Shown piece by piece: positions 11,150-14,680 of a stretch of 14,680 nt of DNA (its first letter is position 1; the number at the start of each line of letters is the position of its first letter). This DNA comes from Octopus sinensis (lineage: Eukaryota). The notes under the pieces are model-generated. The model worked only from the letters and a program-made list of their open reading frames with translations, was not told the DNA's origin and ran no database searches. The stretch spans positions 1 to 14,680 of the forward strand of contig NW_021824867.1 of NCBI RefSeq assembly GCF_006345805.1, given 5' to 3'. Position numbers and translations under genes: made by a program.

Positions 11150-13060
11150 GTGGGCCAACGACAGACCCACCCAAACAAAACCTCAATGATAAAACAGCAA
11201 CGATTAAAACAAACACAAGTCTTTGTAGACTTAGTGAAAACAGATGCAAATATCAATATTTCCACTGAAAATACAAATAATCGATACAGCAGTCACAGCA
11301 ATCATAAAAGTAAGTGGATACTTTCCTTAAAATTGCTCATACAGGAAGAAGTAAACCCTAGCAAACAATATTGCGAAAGACACAGAGATAAAAAAAAAAA
11401 TCTATCAGAAAATACCTCCTAATCCTTAATGAAATCAATAACGGAAAGCCACAAATGAAATACTAGAGAAATACACGATAAGCAAGAAATAAGTAGTTGC
11501 TAAATTGAAAATAATCCATGACTATGGAAAAGAAAAAAAAAACGACAACGATTCTCTGAAGAAAACAAACAGTGCGGCTCCAACCAGTAAGGATTTTACT
11601 GGGAATAATATAAATATAAAATCGAAATCAATAATACGCCAGTGTCAGGGGAAATTGAATAATTTGTAGGGAGGAATGGTTAGAATAACAAGTACAACAC
11701 CTGAATAATAGCGAGGAACAATAAATACACAAGATATATCTGATATTACAAAAGAATCAAATCAACAACTGCAAAATACCAGGAAATGACAACTTTCCAA
11801 ATTTCCGGTTAAAATATTTAATATGCACACAGATTATATGCATCTGTTTAACATATTTTTGTTGTTGTTATTTGTTCTTTGCATTTTTTGTGTGTGTTTG
11901 AAGGGAGAAATAGTACTTGAATGGCTTATCGATGGTAAAAGTCATCTTAATCCCTAAGACTATAAAGGAGCAAAGAGAATTTAACCCGACAGACCTATAA
12001 TCCCCGGTCTATATAGAACATATAAAGCCTTAACTTCAGAAATATCGAAGCGAATAATAATCACTCGCCAAAAGCAAGTCACTCCCAGAAGAATAGAAAG
12101 ATGCAATAAATGTTCAATGCTATAAAAGTTCAATAATCATAGAATACTCAGAACAAAGAAGGATCTGTGGCTGACATGGATTGATTGCCAGAAGACTTTT
12201 CCTTGTGTTGCACCGACGTAGACTTTAAAAATATAAGCCCTGAGTAAAGTAGAATCAGTAACAGGCAAACACATCGCGTGTTATGCATCACGATAAACAA
12301 TGCTGTGAATGCAAAGATTGCGGATTATAAAACAAAGACAATCCATAAAGCGTATTTTTCTCCTTATCATTATCACATTTAAGCCAATATAGTAAACCAG
12401 TAAAGAAATCTCATCACAGTCACTCAGCCTACAAAAGTAAGGAGCTAAATCTCTTTTGAAGTTGACCCTACCATTTTAATATTTTCTATATAACGAATAA
12501 ATTAGGTTTCAATATAATAGTTCGATAAAGACGTCTGGGCAATCAGAACGCGGATGTCAGAAAGGATGAAAATTTTGACTTACAATTATGGTAAAAGAAA
12601 TACAGGGAAACAAGTTGAAAGTAGTGACTTTGCAGAGGTCCTTTAGTTTTGGGGGTTTTTTTTCAAAATAAAATATGCATCAATCAAACAACAGCATTTA
12701 CCTATATTTTACAAAATCACCATATTTCATAAAGCATAGCAATAACAAGAGCTATGTTAAAACAGAAAGTACCGCTTTTACTTTTCCTCTCAGCACCACA
12801 GCTCTCAATACGATAAAATATCTCAGAATGCAACATATACACAAAAGTAAACTTGGTAAACGTAACACAATCAAGTTTAAAGTACTGCAAAATAGCGGTG
12901 ATAGCTTAAAATTACCTTTATAGGACTAAAATTGCATTATCATCACACACGACATTCACGTTCCAAAAGTTCAGGTTACAACTTTGCAACCACAACACAC
13001 AGTCCCTCAAATTCTAAATTTAAGCCCGATAAGACATGACAGGGAAAAATCAATCGGAAG
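11150..13060 (+). pseudogene. Highly degenerate non-LTR retrotransposon ORF (reverse transcriptase region), R4/Dong-like (RLE group), with many stops and frameshifts; ends approximate
   Basis: Collinear + strand fragments translated by hand: NQ*GFYWE 11582-11605; NCKIPGNDNFPNFRLKYL 11767-11820 (cf. NWKAPGPDGIxxFWLK); WLIDGK 11922-11939 / VILIPK 11941-11958; RPIIPGLYRTYKALTSEISKRI 11991-12056 (cf. YRPITCLPTxYKxLTSII); LPEE*K 12082-12099 (cf. LPEEQKGC); KKDLWLTWIDCQKTFPCVAP 12156-12215 (cf. KNLSMAWIDYKKAYDSVPH); KYLRMQHIHKSKLGKRNTIK 12816-12875 (cf. KSKLNGGNxIKAIN). No intact YxDD motif seen. Confidence 0.8.
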
Positions 13061-13065
13061 CCTTT

Positions 13066-13112
13066 CATATACATACACACACACACACACCACACACACA
13101 CACACATATATA

Positions 13113-13164
<52 letters not shown>
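13066..13164. repeat. Compound (CA)n(TA)n microsatellite
   Basis: CATATACATACACACACA...TATATATA directly visible. Confidence 0.97.
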
Positions 13165-13166
<2 letters not shown>

Positions 13167-13381
13167 CAATAATAAATCTCTGAGCGAGATATAAACAGTA
13201 ACTGCTCTATAACTAAGGGGGATCAGCCATCTGAATGTGGCTAGGGACAGGGCGGGGTGGTGGGTGTGTTACTGATGCATTTAGCCCCAGGCGATCATCA
13301 ACGTCACCAGAAGGGCTGACACCATCTCGGTGTCCTTGCAGCCTGCAAGGGAGATCAGCCTCCCCGAAGATACGGATACTA

Positions 13382-13424
13382 CACACGGACCGGTTTCGAG
13401 GTATTTGCCTCTTATCAACGCATG
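13382..13424 (-). ncRNA. Minimal type I hammerhead ribozyme, U3-A8 core variant, predicted cleavage GUC between 13388 and 13387
   Basis: Minus strand reads CAUGCG-UUGAUAA-GAGG(CAAAUA)CCUC-GAA-ACCGGU-C-CGUGUG: stem I CAUGCG/CGUGUG (6 bp, 2 G-U), core UUGAUAA, 4-bp stem II with G10.1-C11.1, GAAA, palindromic stem III ACCGGU, GUC triplet. Confidence 0.8.
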
Positions 13425-13563
13425 GTAAGCACCGTTCTTCGTGAGGGACTTCCTCTACAGGCTGGATATGTATGGATTTTCACAGTAACCACAGTCACTG
13501 ATGTAGAAAAACCGTTCGACAACAATAATAAATCTCTGAGCGAGATATAAACAGTAACTGCTC

Positions 13564-13926
13564 TATAACATAAGGGGGATCAGCCATCTGACTGTGGCTA
13601 GGGACAGGGCGGGGTGGTGGGTGTGTTACTGATGCATTTAGCCCCAGGCGATCATCAACGTCACCAGAAGGGCTGACACCATCTCGGTGTCCTTGCCAGC
13701 CTGCAAAGGGAGATCAACCTCCCCGAAGATACGGATACTACACACGGACCGGTTTCGAGGTATTTGCCTCTTATCAACTCCCTTTGCAGGCTGGCAAGGA
13801 CACCGAGATGGTGTCAGCCCTTCTGGTGACGTTGATGATCGCCTGGGGCTAAATGCATCAGTAACACACCCACCACCCCGCCCTGTCCCTAGCCACATTC
13901 AGATGGCTGATCCCCCTTATGTTATA
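13564..13926. repeat. Long inverted repeat: 149-bp arms 13564-13712 and 13778-13926, 65-nt loop
   Basis: The right arm CTCCCTTTGCAGG...CCCCCTTATGTTATA is the reverse complement of TATAACATAAGGGGG...CCTGCAAAGGGAG; one mismatch seen (CTGACTG vs CTGAATG). Confidence 0.97.
13741..13778 (-). ncRNA. Second hammerhead copy, with the 5' strand of stem I removed by the inversion junction
   Basis: Minus strand G-UUGAUAA-GAGGCAAAUACCUC-GAAACCGGUC-CGUGUG is identical to the first copy, but upstream is GGGAG instead of CAUGCG, leaving only one stem I pair; cleavage site between 13747 and 13746. Confidence 0.7.
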
Positions 13927-14068
13927 TATATGGCTGGCCTTTTCGGAGCAAATCTCAGAATTAAACAGCCGAAATTTGCCATGATGAATCGGTTTCTGAC
14001 TGAAGAATGAAGGCTCTGAATTACTGTCGGTTTTTCCGTGTTTGTCAATTCGTGAATTTCACGTCCTT

Positions 14069-14112
14069 TATATATAAGTTTTATTATATATATATTATAT
14101 ATATATATATAT
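14069..14112. repeat. Interrupted (TA)n microsatellite
   Basis: TATATATAAGTTTTATTATATATATATTATATATATATATATAT directly visible. Confidence 0.93.
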
Positions 14113-14448
14113 GAAAAACAAGTCAAAAATAGAAAATGCTAAGATGATTTTATAGTGAATCTTTCAGTACCGGTTTCGGTCATTTTGAGACCTTTCAACT
14201 GTAACGATTAAATAATTAAATTTTGAAAAATTTAGAAAAATTAGAAGAAAGGTTTTTTTAAAGGAATACTTCCATAGTAGTGTTCAGATATATGTGGCAT
14301 TCTGCCTTTCTCTGACTCCCTTGTTTGCACTTGTGTATTCGAGGTCGTTGTGAGTTCTTGAGGGGGTGGGAGTGGGAAAATCTGGGCTGGTCAGTGGCGA
14401 CCGGCAGTCGCTGCGTAGGCGTTATACTTAAAGACATTAGTGGGGGTA

Positions 14449-14616
14449 GAAGGTGGAGAAGTAGAAGAAGAAGAAGAAGAAGATGACGGTGCCGATGATG
14501 ATGACGATGAAGAAGAAGAAGGAGAAGGAGAAGATGACGATGATGATGGTGGTGATGACGATGACGACGATGATGATAACGATGATGATGAAGAAGAAGA
14601 AGAAGAGAGAGAAGAA
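14449..14616 (+). repeat. Compound (GAA/GAT/GAC/GGT)n trinucleotide microsatellite
   Basis: In-register GAN/GGN triplets for about 170 bp. Confidence 0.93.
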
Positions 14617-14680
14617 AAAAAAAAACAGAGAAGGGAGAATATGAATGGGTGAAGATATAGCTGTTTGGGGCGATTAGTAA

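Larger units (their letters stand above)
13165..13778 (+). repeat. Direct repeat pair 13165-13419 and 13521-13778
   Basis: Both begin AACAATAATAAATCTCTGAGCGAG and end CCTCTTATCAAC; they differ by three 1-nt indels and two substitutions. Confidence 0.97.
13165..13926 (-). mobile_element. Non-autonomous or truncated Penelope-like element: tandem pseudo-LTR copies plus an inverted partial copy, no ORF
   Basis: 356-bp unit 13165-13520 followed by a second copy 13521-13778 and an inverted copy 13778-13926. It contains a minimal hammerhead on the minus strand. Partial-tandem plus inverted pLTRs carrying minimal hammerheads are established hallmarks of Penelope-like elements. Strand assigned from the ribozyme. 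Confidence 0.7.

Noticed and set aside
13235-14010. ORFs of 69-107 aa in the repeated unit (MWLGTG..., MSLPACK...)
   Set aside because: They are short, differ by frameshifts between copies, and arise from the duplication and inversion; no RT or endonuclease motifs.
14362-14386. Isolated G-quadruplex motif and small GCGAC/GTCGC hairpin at 14397-14411
   Set aside because: Single short motifs with no supporting context.
14440-14652. Acidic Asp/Glu-rich ORF
   Set aside because: It starts at GTG, consists of a GAN microsatellite, and shows no domain or splice evidence.

Overview
Eukaryotic, repeat-only window with no intact protein-coding gene; all ORFs in the supplied track are artefacts of (GT)n/(GAN)n repeats or fragments of a dead retroelement. 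From left to right: (1) 1-10444 is a head-to-tail satellite of at least 62 units (mean period about 170.6 bp), each a conserved 95-96 bp core plus a structured (GT)n tract. The core resembles the central CORE-like domain of an abundant Octopus tRNA-derived SINE as I recall it, and the last unit runs on into what looks like that SINE's 3' tail (10879-11076), so the array appears to be an internal expansion of one SINE copy. It has two core variants (A/B) arranged in an imperfect 13-unit higher-order repeat. (2) About 11150-13060 is a heavily decayed non-LTR retrotransposon (R4/Dong-like RT motifs visible across frameshifts, + strand). (3) 13165-13926 is a Penelope-like pseudo-LTR structure (1.7 tandem copies plus a 149-bp inversion) next to a (CA)n(TA)n tract. 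It carries a minimal type I hammerhead ribozyme on the minus strand with a U3-A8 core variant and a palindromic stem III. (4) (TA)n and (GAN)n microsatellites follow. Octopus/cephalopod origin is an inference from recalled repeat sequences, not a database result. Scattered single-unit indels suggest long-read error, so single-base claims need read support.
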